Below are positions 26,582 to 37,159 of a stretch of 64,000 nt of DNA, in pieces. The notes under the pieces were generated by a model. It was not told the origin of the DNA, searched no databases, and saw nothing but the letters and a program-made list of their open reading frames with translations. The first letter of the stretch is position 1; the number at the start of each line of letters is the position of its first letter. A program made the translations under genes and the position numbers. Source of the stretch: a virus; the IMG/VR virus record IMGVR_UViG_3300020182_000007; one strand, 5' to 3'.

Positions 26582-29500
26582 TTATGCTTGTATTTTTATC
26601 AAAGTTCTGATGCTATATGAATAGCCTAGTTCTTTATTATATATTAGTCTAAAATTAAGTGGCTTTTGTCCGTGCGCATTATACGTAAAATTTTGATCAG
26701 CAACATATCCGTTATCAATCAATTCTATTGAATCAGTAGATATAAACTCAGAAGGGTTGCCTTTATATTTTTTAGTATAAAGTTGTATATTTTCCATAAC
26801 ATATAATCCTACTATATTGTTAAGTGCGTACTTTTTAATGTCATCTTCAACAGTGGTCTTATCTCCTTCAGAATTCTCTGGAGAAACAAATAGGTTAATT
26901 GTTTGTCTAAGACCATCATCTCCTATAACACCAGCTATTAAATCTGAAAGATAGAAATCTGCAATAATACTATTGTTATCTTCAAAGAATACAACATTAG
27001 TTTTACTAGAATCATTAACTAATATTAAATCTAACTCAGATTCACTGGTTACAGAAGAAGTCGTAAACTCTAATATAGAGTATGATGGTCTATATTTAAC
27101 AAGAGCAGATGCTAAATAAGACTTTTCTTCGATTGTAGAAACAGTGCCTGGTAGATAATCTATGTTGCCTCCTGCCTTCGATCTAACATAATAGTTATCC
27201 TCCCATGCAGATTTAAAAACATTTCTGTCTTTTTTATCAATTGCAATTTCATTAATTAATGGATATTGAGGTAAATGCTCACTACTCTCAGAAAGTTTAG
27301 TAACTCCGGCAGTATTGATTTCATTTACTTTATGATAAAAATGATTCTTAATAATTCCCCAATCATTATCATATCTACCGTTGTCTGATATAAATCCAAC
27401 ATTAAATGAGGTACCAAGTCTATTATACTTATTATAATAAGCGATTGACTTGTTGATTTCGTAATTAGTTGAAAGATTTAATTTATAATAAGGTTCTTTA
27501 AGAGCCTTGATATCATAATCATAACTTCTCTGATCTCTAATAATTTTATTAAATCCGTATACATCAGTAAACTCGACGACTGGCGTTGTTGAAATAGTAT
27601 AGTTTCCGTTATGTCTAATTAAAAACGGATAATATACATGCTCGTTAGTTAGTTCGTGACCTATTGTTTCTTTTTTTAACTTAAAACTTTTTGGAGTATC
27701 TTTGTCTATCTCCGTGACTAAAGTTGAATGTTTTACTACCTCATTGCCATTTTCAATAACTACCGTAAATTGATTTGCAGTTTCAGCACCGCTATCATCT
27801 ATAGTTGTAAACTTAATCTCTCCAGTATTATCTTTAAGCTTGTTATAAACTGTATTAGCAGATAAGTCTCTAAGCAGTGTTGAATGAGCGTTTACTCCTC
27901 CTTCTAAATAAGTGTAGCTAGCAGAAATTTGCGATTGCCCTGGTACCATGTATGGATTTATATTTTGTCTAGTTCCAGTAGGATGTTCTCCGACAGTGTA
28001 ATAATAAGGAGGTCCATCAACTTGAATCTTATTACTAGATATCACTTTAACGATATCTATAAAATATTCAACTGAGGATGTGTTTGATGGATCATAGTCT
28101 ATTTTAATAGTGCCATATGTACCGTCAAATGTTGGCGATATCTGAGTATCAAAGTTAGGTAAATTTCCATCAATATCGCTTACTCCATTAACAATGTATG
28201 GACCAGCTGCCCAGTTCGTTGATGTTATATCAAGTGATCCGTCAACACTAACATCAGCATACTTATAATAGTTACCTCCACTTAAAGGATCAAACCCAGT
28301 TACTATTTTGTGTTGTAGTTCATATAGATACTTCCTGTTCATGTAATTACCAACAAAAACATCTTGAATACTCAACTTAATAAAAAATATAATAAATTCA
28401 AATTTATCATTTTTAATAAATTCATACTCTATATTATTTGAAGAAGCATTAGTATCAACTGTCACTAGCGTTGAGAATTTGTAACCGTTAAATTCAGAAT
28501 CTTTAAAGAACTCTCCATTAATTAACGATTGTCCATCTTTTCTCTTCTTAAAAACAAATTTAAGTCCTTTAAAAATAGTACTCGCAAAATCTAAACTGTT
28601 TCCTCCTCTTGCTATAGTATATTTTTTATTTAATTTGGTCTTAGTATAGAACGATGTTTCTTTCACAGTAGAGTTATCTAACGAATCAATTAAAGCAACT
28701 GGAACCTCATGTCCTTCCGACACCATATACATATCGAAATAATCAACAGAAGTGTCAGTAAATATAGATCTTTCTATATCAACGCCATTTACAAAATTAA
28801 CATAACTAAAGCCATCGTTATACATGTCATATTTCATATAATCTGGCCATTTGTCTAAGTAGAACCATTCATGAGAAAACGCTTCTCTATTTCTTCCTTC
28901 TATAGTAACATCAGGAGAAAAGTTGGTTCTTCCAAATGCCTCATTTGTGTTTAGATAATAAGGCTCTTCTCTAACGTTTGTTGTATCTTTAAGAGCCCAC
29001 TTATTAATATCTGGAACAACTCTAGAGTTAGTAGAGTACTCTTTTAAAGAATTCTCATTTAATCTATCATATTCCGATTTGATGTCAACCTGGGTCACCT
29101 CAGTCGAATCCTCTCCATTTAGTAGAGGTTGTAGATTCGCAAAATATTTAATAGGATCGATGATAAAATCAGGATTAATTGTATTATCAGCCCCTAGATT
29201 ACCCAACGACGCATCTTCATATGGCTGGTAGTTCATGTTTGATCTGGTCTCATATTCTAATTCTTTTAAATTAGAATTAGAAGTGTCATACGTATCAAAA
29301 TTCATATCATGAATATCATATGCAGAGAACATACCAAGTGTCATCTTATTCTTAACGTATATTTCGTAGTTAGATGACGGCAATACATTCTTCTGTTGTA
29401 ATATCACCTTATGATTTAAACTATTTTGAATATCAGTGTCTTCTACGACATCAAGTACTAAATTATATGAATCCTTATAATTAGTAGGGATATAATCTCC

Positions 29501-32500
29501 TTTTTTAATTTCAGAAACAATAGATGAATCAACATACATTGAATTTCCTCCAGAATGTCCGCCATTGAAGTAGTATGATTTGTTGTTATTAATAATATCT
29601 TGACTTAATAAAAGATTATTTTCTAAATCTACACTATCTCCTACAATACTTGAGTTAATTATTGGAATTATCACAGCGCAGTTCATTAGGCGATATCCTT
29701 GAACACCGCTTATGATATACACATAATCATTCACACTGAAAGCGTTAAACCCTGTGTTGTTCCTAATGGCACCTGCAAAGGCAAAAGCTACATCACTTGT
29801 ACTTCCAAGCGCTGAAAATCTAGAAGAATTAAATCGACCCTTATCAAGAAGTCCAGTGTCATCGGCCATAAAGGTACCAATCTCTTGGTCAACATTAGTA
29901 TAAATTTCTCTTATAGCAACAACCGAAGTTGTTGTGCTTACTGAAATACCGTTGTCTATTAAATTAGAACTTCTCTCTTTAAAAACTACGCTATTAATTT
30001 GATTAGAATCTGCCTCGACGCTTAATTCATATCTATCATAAAAGTTTATTTCAGCAGATGTGTAATTTCCAGGGTTTATCTTAATGTCGGACCAAACAGA
30101 TTCAAGTGCTGTCCAAGATGTGCTAGAATCTATACCCATTGCAAACTGAACAAAATTCCCGAAATTATCAGTAACATTTACAACATCTCCGTTAACATTA
30201 CTGATAATTTTAAGCCTAACTGACTCTTTTTTTACTGGGGTAACCCTAAACAAATCATTGTTTATTGGGTTGTTAGTAAATTGCATTTTTATAAAGTCTC
30301 CTCCAGAACTAGAATTAGAAACCAATTGAACTGATTTGTCTTTTTTAATAATACCAAGCTTACTATTAATATCTTCACTATCTGCTTTTACAGAAACATT
30401 ATATCGTATAGCATCATATGTATTAGAACCATCTAAATTATAAAAAGAATCTCCAATTCTCGCGTATCCCAACGACCCTGTATTTCTCAGTAGTGCAAAT
30501 TCGGGAATAGCATATGTTGGGTCAGCTCCTTCTAAATAAGATTCTAAGTTTTTAAACTTAACGACGCCATTTGTAACATAAGAAATCTCTCCAGTACCTG
30601 ACTCAATATCATCAACATAAAGTCCAAAATATCTGTTAACAGAGTATCCTTCAGTAGAATCATCATCAAACATAAATTCTAGATTCACTAGATTGGCACA
30701 AGCCACCTTGTTTCTTCTAAAACCGTCAGTTATAAAATCATTAGAATCAATAACTGTTAAATCTTTTTTAACATAATCATCATATAAATACTCGCTCTTA
30801 CGCGTGAATCCGCCCTTTTGTAAATCAATACCATTAAACGTAGAGTTTTTATCTTTCTCCATTGTGATTGTTGTTGGAGATTCAGGAAAAAACTCATCCT
30901 GTACGTGATTTCTAATATACTTACCAATTGAAGATTGTTTCGACAAATCAAACACCTTAACAATTGTAGAATTACTAGTCATCTTTACAATTCTAGAAAG
31001 CTTATCTTCTGAACTATTTTCAAAACTAGAATCTGGCTTCGGGTTATCTACTCTATAGATCACAAACTTTTTAGGAATATTAACATCTAACCAGATGGGA
31101 GCAGTGATTCTATAATCTTCAGAATACATCTTAGACGTATTTAGTTTAGCGCCATATTGGTAATCTTCTTCGTATTGTTTATCGTACTCATCAAGTACTG
31201 AAAAATCAGAATAGTTTCTTTTAGTAGTAAATGCTGAGTCTATTGGCGTACTATTAACTAAATAATATCTTGCTAAATCTTCAGAGTATCTTGAATCTGC
31301 ACTAAGCTCCCATTTTTTATAATTAGAATCAGATAAATCTTGAGTTGCATTTATAGAATCAAAGTAGATTCTATTAGAAGTATCAGCTACTAATTTAACG
31401 TTAGTACTAAGTTTTGGATTTGTTCTAAGTAGAGGTATCGATACGTTATCTAATTTGTAATTCTTTTCAGTATTTGTATTAGGCCCTATTTGAATAGGCT
31501 GTGCAGCTTCTATAAACGGAAAAGTATAAGATGTTTCATTATTTTCGTTAGAACAATCGGAACAGCTAGGATATATGTTTACGCTATTTTCACTGTATAT
31601 TCCAAGTAGAGAGGCTTCGCTAAATTCTGCAGCAGTATAATATGAATCAAGTAAAAGTTTTGCCTCACTTTCAGTGTTTGCTAAAATAGTGTGAACGTAC
31701 TGTACACAATCGCAAACTCCAGTTGAAAAAATAAGCTTATTTTCTAACTTTAATAAATCAACAAAATCAGTAACGTAGCTAGTACCTCCACTATTATGTC
31801 CAGAGTCTATAATATAGATTGGATGTGAATTTGTACCGCTAGCAATAGTTACTGGAGAGCACTTATAAAAAGCATAGAATACTCTAGATCCTCCAGTGTT
31901 TAGTAATTCAGTTCCATAGATTGAAGGTCTTGTAACAGTTGGGCATGTAGTACCCTGTGTTATTGCATAAGGCGTATTGACTGAATTGTGAACGTTGCCT
32001 AACGCATCTCTTCCTATAAATCTATCACCAGTCCATATAAAATACTGGTTAGCAGGAATACTATTGTCCGATGTACTAAAATATTGATATCTTATTAAAT
32101 TATTATAATTGGAAGATGCTGCGCTCGCGGCATCATTATACAAGTATATATTATTTTGAACTATTTGTAGTAAATTTGCATCTTGTGATGCATAATAATA
32201 TGCAGTTATCGATTCTGTAGGATAATGACATACTCCAACATTATCTCCATAATCATCGCAAATTGGAATGTTAATGGTGATAGCTCTAGATGATAAAGGC
32301 CCAACTAAAATACATGATAGTACGTAGTCCTCCCAACCACTAAGCTGTCCGTACTCGTATCCATATCCAGTAACGTGTGAATATGTACCCTTTGGTGCAA
32401 TATTAGTAATATGCGTAGGGTTGCTAAAGAACGCAATAGCATCATACTCGGTGGTAAAAATAACTGTATTGTAAAGTGCTAAATCTTCAATAGTTGTATA

Positions 32501-33466
32501 CACCGTACCTCCGGGTCCATTGTAGTAGTAATATGTACCAGTTACTGGATTAGTACAGAAATCATTAGGGGTTGAAGCAAAATTTAAACTAATAGATTCT
32601 GCTCCTACACCAACACACCAATACGGATTCCATCCATTTAATACTGCACTTGCTGTATCATCTCCAGGATCAACTGTAGGTACAGCAGTACTTTGTGTGT
32701 AATCCGTTATATTAGTCCCTACTGCGTTGTACCATCTATCAACACCCTGATTATAATTATAAAAAGTACTTAGAAAAGATCCATAGGATCCTTGTTTAAA
32801 TTCTTCTAAACCAAATAGCCTAAAAGCATTAGGGTCGGTTAAATCAGAAAGAGTAAACCCTGAAAGAGAAGGATCTGGAGCACCTAGTGCCTGGTAAAAA
32901 CCAACAATATTTATATTTCCTAGGTTATACTCATGAATGATCTTCTCAATTGTAGGTAGAGAATTACCTCCATCGTAATAAATAGTTACTGCTCCATTCT
33001 GTGCGCAATACGAACCATTTACGATATCTACTGTGTAAAAAACGTTAAGAGCAAATATAGTTTGAGGAGCAGGAGGATTACCGCCGGCAGCACATGTTAC
33101 TGATGGTGAAATCCACGATCCCGGATTTCCATCTGCTGGATTAACCCATCGAGTTACTGTAGTATCTGTAGCTTGAGTACCATCAAACACTGTACTAGAA
33201 TACCAACCACTAGGCGACAGACTAAAAGCGTCTTCTGCATCCGCAGTTGCATTCTCGAGGTAAATATTTAAGCCTGCGATTGCTATATCACCAATACTAG
33301 CTCCGTCAGAAATACCAGCAGTAAGTGCATTATTTTCGTTGTAATATATTAGGTAGCTACCACCTGCAACAGGTATTGCTCCGGGCAAAATAGTGTGCCC
33401 TCCATTACAAACAGTTGCTTGTGTTTTTAGTTCGTCTTTATAATATATGATCGTAGAGTATGCCAT
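26582..33466 (-). CDS. very large virion structural protein (2294 aa; baseplate/tail appendage)
   Basis: Long ORF in the structural cluster with GATATATA upstream (33506-33513); the N-terminal third is Cys/Tyr-rich and modular. Confidence 0.65.
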   Translation of the reverse strand: MAYSTIIYYKDELKTQATVCNGGHTILPGAIPVAGGSYLIYYNENNALTAGISDGASIGDIAIAGLNIYLENATADAEDAFSLSPSGWYSSTVFDGTQATDTTVTRWVNPADGNPGSWISPSVTCAAGGNPPAPQTIFALNVFYTVDIVNGSYCAQNGAVTIYYDGGNSLPTIEKIIHEYNLGNINIVGFYQALGAPDPSLSGFTLSDLTDPNAFRLFGLEEFKQGSYGSFLSTFYNYNQGVDRWYNAVGTNITDYTQSTAVPTVDPGDDTASAVLNGWNPYWCVGVGAESISLNFASTPNDFCTNPVTGTYYYYNGPGGTVYTTIEDLALYNTVIFTTEYDAIAFFSNPTHITNIAPKGTYSHVTGYGYEYGQLSGWEDYVLSCILVGPLSSRAITINIPICDDYGDNVGVCHYPTESITAYYYASQDANLLQIVQNNIYLYNDAASAASSNYNNLIRYQYFSTSDNSIPANQYFIWTGDRFIGRDALGNVHNSVNTPYAITQGTTCPTVTRPSIYGTELLNTGGSRVFYAFYKCSPVTIASGTNSHPIYIIDSGHNSGGTSYVTDFVDLLKLENKLIFSTGVCDCVQYVHTILANTESEAKLLLDSYYTAAEFSEASLLGIYSENSVNIYPSCSDCSNENNETSYTFPFIEAAQPIQIGPNTNTEKNYKLDNVSIPLLRTNPKLSTNVKLVADTSNRIYFDSINATQDLSDSNYKKWELSADSRYSEDLARYYLVNSTPIDSAFTTKRNYSDFSVLDEYDKQYEEDYQYGAKLNTSKMYSEDYRITAPIWLDVNIPKKFVIYRVDNPKPDSSFENSSEDKLSRIVKMTSNSTIVKVFDLSKQSSIGKYIRNHVQDEFFPESPTTITMEKDKNSTFNGIDLQKGGFTRKSEYLYDDYVKKDLTVIDSNDFITDGFRRNKVACANLVNLEFMFDDDSTEGYSVNRYFGLYVDDIESGTGEISYVTNGVVKFKNLESYLEGADPTYAIPEFALLRNTGSLGYARIGDSFYNLDGSNTYDAIRYNVSVKADSEDINSKLGIIKKDKSVQLVSNSSSGGDFIKMQFTNNPINNDLFRVTPVKKESVRLKIISNVNGDVVNVTDNFGNFVQFAMGIDSSTSWTALESVWSDIKINPGNYTSAEINFYDRYELSVEADSNQINSVVFKERSSNLIDNGISVSTTTSVVAIREIYTNVDQEIGTFMADDTGLLDKGRFNSSRFSALGSTSDVAFAFAGAIRNNTGFNAFSVNDYVYIISGVQGYRLMNCAVIIPIINSSIVGDSVDLENNLLLSQDIINNNKSYYFNGGHSGGNSMYVDSSIVSEIKKGDYIPTNYKDSYNLVLDVVEDTDIQNSLNHKVILQQKNVLPSSNYEIYVKNKMTLGMFSAYDIHDMNFDTYDTSNSNLKELEYETRSNMNYQPYEDASLGNLGADNTINPDFIIDPIKYFANLQPLLNGEDSTEVTQVDIKSEYDRLNENSLKEYSTNSRVVPDINKWALKDTTNVREEPYYLNTNEAFGRTNFSPDVTIEGRNREAFSHEWFYLDKWPDYMKYDMYNDGFSYVNFVNGVDIERSIFTDTSVDYFDMYMVSEGHEVPVALIDSLDNSTVKETSFYTKTKLNKKYTIARGGNSLDFASTIFKGLKFVFKKRKDGQSLINGEFFKDSEFNGYKFSTLVTVDTNASSNNIEYEFIKNDKFEFIIFFIKLSIQDVFVGNYMNRKYLYELQHKIVTGFDPLSGGNYYKYADVSVDGSLDITSTNWAAGPYIVNGVSDIDGNLPNFDTQISPTFDGTYGTIKIDYDPSNTSSVEYFIDIVKVISSNKIQVDGPPYYYTVGEHPTGTRQNINPYMVPGQSQISASYTYLEGGVNAHSTLLRDLSANTVYNKLKDNTGEIKFTTIDDSGAETANQFTVVIENGNEVVKHSTLVTEIDKDTPKSFKLKKETIGHELTNEHVYYPFLIRHNGNYTISTTPVVEFTDVYGFNKIIRDQRSYDYDIKALKEPYYKLNLSTNYEINKSIAYYNKYNRLGTSFNVGFISDNGRYDNDWGIIKNHFYHKVNEINTAGVTKLSESSEHLPQYPLINEIAIDKKDRNVFKSAWEDNYYVRSKAGGNIDYLPGTVSTIEEKSYLASALVKYRPSYSILEFTTSSVTSESELDLILVNDSSKTNVVFFEDNNSIIADFYLSDLIAGVIGDDGLRQTINLFVSPENSEGDKTTVEDDIKKYALNNIVGLYVMENIQLYTKKYKGNPSEFISTDSIELIDNGYVADQNFTYNAHGQKPLNFRLIYNKELGYSYSIRTLIKIQA

Positions 33467-33540
33467 CTAATGTAATTGTCTTTTTATAGAAATATTCCTA
33501 TACTCTATATATCAATTACATTAGGGTTAGCGTAAGTCCA

Positions 33541-36500
33541 CTAGATAGAAAGCTGCGCAGCCTTTACTGAATTCTTATTAGAACCAGCAGCTTTATACTT
33601 TGCAAAAACCTCAATATCAAAAGAGAATTGTTCTCCATCTGCGTCAAACGTATCAATACCTACTCTTTTTGAATATGTCAGATTAGTAAGCGTGTTGCTT
33701 ATAATACCTCCAACTCTACCAAGATCGTTAGTGTTATCGTTACCTGCATAATCAGTCATTCTGTATTGAAATACTAAATCTATAGATACTGCGTTAGTTT
33801 CGCCAGTAGTTACATATTTACGTCCAAACTTGTTATCACCATCAACTAATAAAGAATCTGGGTTAATTGGCGCAATAAATAAATAAGAACCACACGATTT
33901 ACCTCCTAGTAAATATTGATCGTTAGCATCGAAAGACATTTTAAATGTTCTATCGTAATTTGTTATTGTATTGTTACTGTGTCTATACCCTAATTGTAAC
34001 TTACCATTAGTATCTTCAGACTCTATAGTTGCTGGAATAGACATCGTACCAATTAATGCAGAATCTATTTGAGCCTGTAGAACTGCTGTAAGCTCTGCAC
34101 TTGTCATTGCTGAATTAGTAGCGGCAGCTCCCTGATATGAAGTATATAGATTATCTAAGTCTGGGTGTTCTTTGTGTAAATAAATTCCACTATCATATAA
34201 AGCAGATGTTATGTTAGAAACTCCGGTAACGTTAACCTGAGTTGGACTAAACGCCGGAGTTAAGTCATATGTGGTTGAAAATGTACCAAAGCTACCATTC
34301 CAGATATAATCAGAACCTGTGCCTACTCCAGTTATTGTAGAGATGACAGCGGTATCATACGACATTAAATACTCATAGTCAGAAATTTTACCTGATGGTA
34401 TTGCAACTAATGGAGAGTCTGCGTATAACTTATTCTCATTTGATATATCCATAAATCTGGAGTATATGAATTGACCTCTTCTCTGAGCAGACTGATATGG
34501 AGCAGTAAAGTTATATTCTAGGTTACTATCACCAAACTTTAATGCAGTTGAGGTTGAATCAACGTTCTGATATTGCAATGGCACTAAGTCATACTTAGCT
34601 TCTGTAGTATAGTATGAATCGTTTATTACTTTTTCAGGAACGCCACTAGAGGCAGCATTAATACCGAATCCGTTAGTAAGTGCATCAGATCCTACCGTAG
34701 AAGATCTAAAAACAGGAAGAGATCTATCACCAGCAATTCTAGCAATTAATTCAAGTTGAGTTGCGTTTGTGTTTTCAAGAAGAAGCTTAAACGCTTTAGT
34801 AACTATATGTCCCTTTTTAACAGTAAGGTCAGCAACTTCGTCCGTATAATACCCAGCGAACACCTTGTTGTTTGTGTTCTTGTTGATATTAATTACAGTA
34901 CCCTCTTCAGTTACTAATTTAACAGTAAGTTCTCCTTTAATTCCAGATATAGTTTCTTGAAGAGAAGTTACTTCGTTTTGTAATTGAGTAAGTTTGTCAA
35001 ATAGCGTAATTGGAGTCTGTTCAGGTGATAAAAATCCAGAAGCAATAGAAGTTGCAGTATGTGCAAAATATTTTTCGTTTGCTGCAAATGAATCAGCAAC
35101 GTGATCATATACTCCTCTAGATTCTAATTCTTCATTTACTTTAACTACAGCAGATTCAGTTTGGTTATCAGTAACTATAGTTGTAATGTTAGTAGTATCT
35201 AATTCTCCTTCTGGGAATTCGATCCTAACTACATCACTCCAATCACTTAGTATCGGATTAGAAGGATATCCAGCTTCTGAAACTGATTTAACCCTAACGT
35301 CAATTACCTCTCCTTTTTGAATTGAAATATCTAATTGATTAAAATTAATTTCTTGGCCGTCTTCTATTAATGGATCTCCCCAATAGAATTTGCCAGTTGT
35401 TTCATCCTTTACTCTAGGTCTAACAGTTGTTTTAATCTCATTCCAGTTAGAAAATACACCAGTCTTTTCCTTTCCATTCTCAACAAAAGGAATTTGAGCA
35501 ACGTCTGAAGATTTACCGTTTGTTGATAAATATCTATATTGAACAATAAATTGAACGACTTGTTGCGGAATAGTTTCAGCTACAATTTTAGGATCTGGAA
35601 TACTCCAAAATCCTCTAACTCTAAACTTAGGAGTAACGGCAATAATATTAGTGTCTTTTGCAACAGCTTGTATTTGGTTAACAAGTGAAGCATATAATTT
35701 AGTCTCTGAACCTCTAACATTCATAAGAGCACTTAACTCGTTACGGTCCCGGTCTCTTTCAATAATAGAAGAATACTTTTTAGTAGCAACGCTAGCTCTT
35801 TTTAATACAATTGTATCATCTAGTTTTTTAATATTAGACTCTGATTTACCTTTTTCTAGAGTAAACTTTTTAACCTTTTGAGCGCCGTCGTTTTCAGTTA
35901 GGTGCTTATTAATTTGAACTATTGTAAAGTTATCACCATTAAGAGAAGGTGCGTCAGGTGTTTTACCTAATGTTGCCGGAGGAATTGCGTCTTCTTTAAG
36001 TGCTTTTATAAATTGACCAAAATCAGCAACGCCTTCTTTGTAATAATCCGCTAATGTTTGAACCTGTCCACTTTCTAGCGTAATTTTTAATTCGTTAGAA
36101 TAAATTGCAGTACCTGGCGACCAGTTTTCAGCAAGTATATTAGAATCTGGGTCGATTGCCTTAAAGAAAACAACAAGGCTTTCATTAAAACCAAGATTGA
36201 TATCAATGTTTAACGAAATATTATTTGCTTTGTAAATCCTTAACGAATCTGAACCAATTCTTATAGGTTCATATCCTTGTACTAAATCAAGAGTAACTTG
36301 TCTTGTAGAACTATCAACACTTGTAATTTTATACTTAGTACTTCTTTTACCAGTGTTAACCATTAATTCATCGTTAACCTTTAAATTCTCAGTACTCTTT
36401 AAAGCCTTATCAGAATCAGTGTATGTTAACTGATCAATTGTATATAATTGTATGTTTCTCTTTACTTGTTCTCCATCTAAGATTACTGTCTTTTCTACAG

Positions 36501-37158
36501 TATCAATAGAAGTAACGTCAAACGTACCATAATACTGAGTGCTTCTGTATGGAAGATCTCTTACTTCTTCATCAACATAATGCGGTATATTATTAGAAGC
36601 TAGTCCGGTAATAACTTCGCTATATTCTAATCCATCCTTTCCTTTTAATTCAGTATCAAAATATTCACTAGCAAAATCAAAAGTAGTGTCGATTATTAAT
36701 CGCTTAATTAAAACCCTTTCGGTATCTGAACTAATTTGATTTGTAACATCAAACGAAGTTGTTAATAGTGGAGTTAAAAAATCTTCGAAAAAATAATTAG
36801 ACTTAACACCAAATTCAGTAGGTCTATTTATATTTTCTATATCGTTTGCAGGACTTTTAAGAGTTCCTGTATAAATTCTTTGGTATGTTCCGTCTGCTAG
36901 CTTAACCTTAGAAGTACCATCAGTCAAATCAGTAAGAGCCTTAAGATTAATATCTAATCTTTCTAGTTCTTTCTTCATAAAACCAAATGACGGAACATAT
37001 GTTGTAGTTGTAGTTCCTTCCGCATTTAGTATTTCTAGGGGAATGCTTTTCTTTTCGGTAGTAATAGCCTCATTTATTCTCTCAAATGCACTAAGAGAGT
37101 TTACATTAATTTCAAGCAATTGCTTGACTACGGATGATATGGAGTTGTTTGTGTTCAT
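33541..37158 (-). CDS. virion structural protein (1205 aa)
   Basis: Long ORF in the structural cluster with coiled-coil and beta-rich regions. Confidence 0.6.
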   Translation of the reverse strand: MNTNNSISSVVKQLLEINVNSLSAFERINEAITTEKKSIPLEILNAEGTTTTTYVPSFGFMKKELERLDINLKALTDLTDGTSKVKLADGTYQRIYTGTLKSPANDIENINRPTEFGVKSNYFFEDFLTPLLTTSFDVTNQISSDTERVLIKRLIIDTTFDFASEYFDTELKGKDGLEYSEVITGLASNNIPHYVDEEVRDLPYRSTQYYGTFDVTSIDTVEKTVILDGEQVKRNIQLYTIDQLTYTDSDKALKSTENLKVNDELMVNTGKRSTKYKITSVDSSTRQVTLDLVQGYEPIRIGSDSLRIYKANNISLNIDINLGFNESLVVFFKAIDPDSNILAENWSPGTAIYSNELKITLESGQVQTLADYYKEGVADFGQFIKALKEDAIPPATLGKTPDAPSLNGDNFTIVQINKHLTENDGAQKVKKFTLEKGKSESNIKKLDDTIVLKRASVATKKYSSIIERDRDRNELSALMNVRGSETKLYASLVNQIQAVAKDTNIIAVTPKFRVRGFWSIPDPKIVAETIPQQVVQFIVQYRYLSTNGKSSDVAQIPFVENGKEKTGVFSNWNEIKTTVRPRVKDETTGKFYWGDPLIEDGQEINFNQLDISIQKGEVIDVRVKSVSEAGYPSNPILSDWSDVVRIEFPEGELDTTNITTIVTDNQTESAVVKVNEELESRGVYDHVADSFAANEKYFAHTATSIASGFLSPEQTPITLFDKLTQLQNEVTSLQETISGIKGELTVKLVTEEGTVININKNTNNKVFAGYYTDEVADLTVKKGHIVTKAFKLLLENTNATQLELIARIAGDRSLPVFRSSTVGSDALTNGFGINAASSGVPEKVINDSYYTTEAKYDLVPLQYQNVDSTSTALKFGDSNLEYNFTAPYQSAQRRGQFIYSRFMDISNENKLYADSPLVAIPSGKISDYEYLMSYDTAVISTITGVGTGSDYIWNGSFGTFSTTYDLTPAFSPTQVNVTGVSNITSALYDSGIYLHKEHPDLDNLYTSYQGAAATNSAMTSAELTAVLQAQIDSALIGTMSIPATIESEDTNGKLQLGYRHSNNTITNYDRTFKMSFDANDQYLLGGKSCGSYLFIAPINPDSLLVDGDNKFGRKYVTTGETNAVSIDLVFQYRMTDYAGNDNTNDLGRVGGIISNTLTNLTYSKRVGIDTFDADGEQFSFDIEVFAKYKAAGSNKNSVKAAQLSI

Positions 37159-37159
37159 G

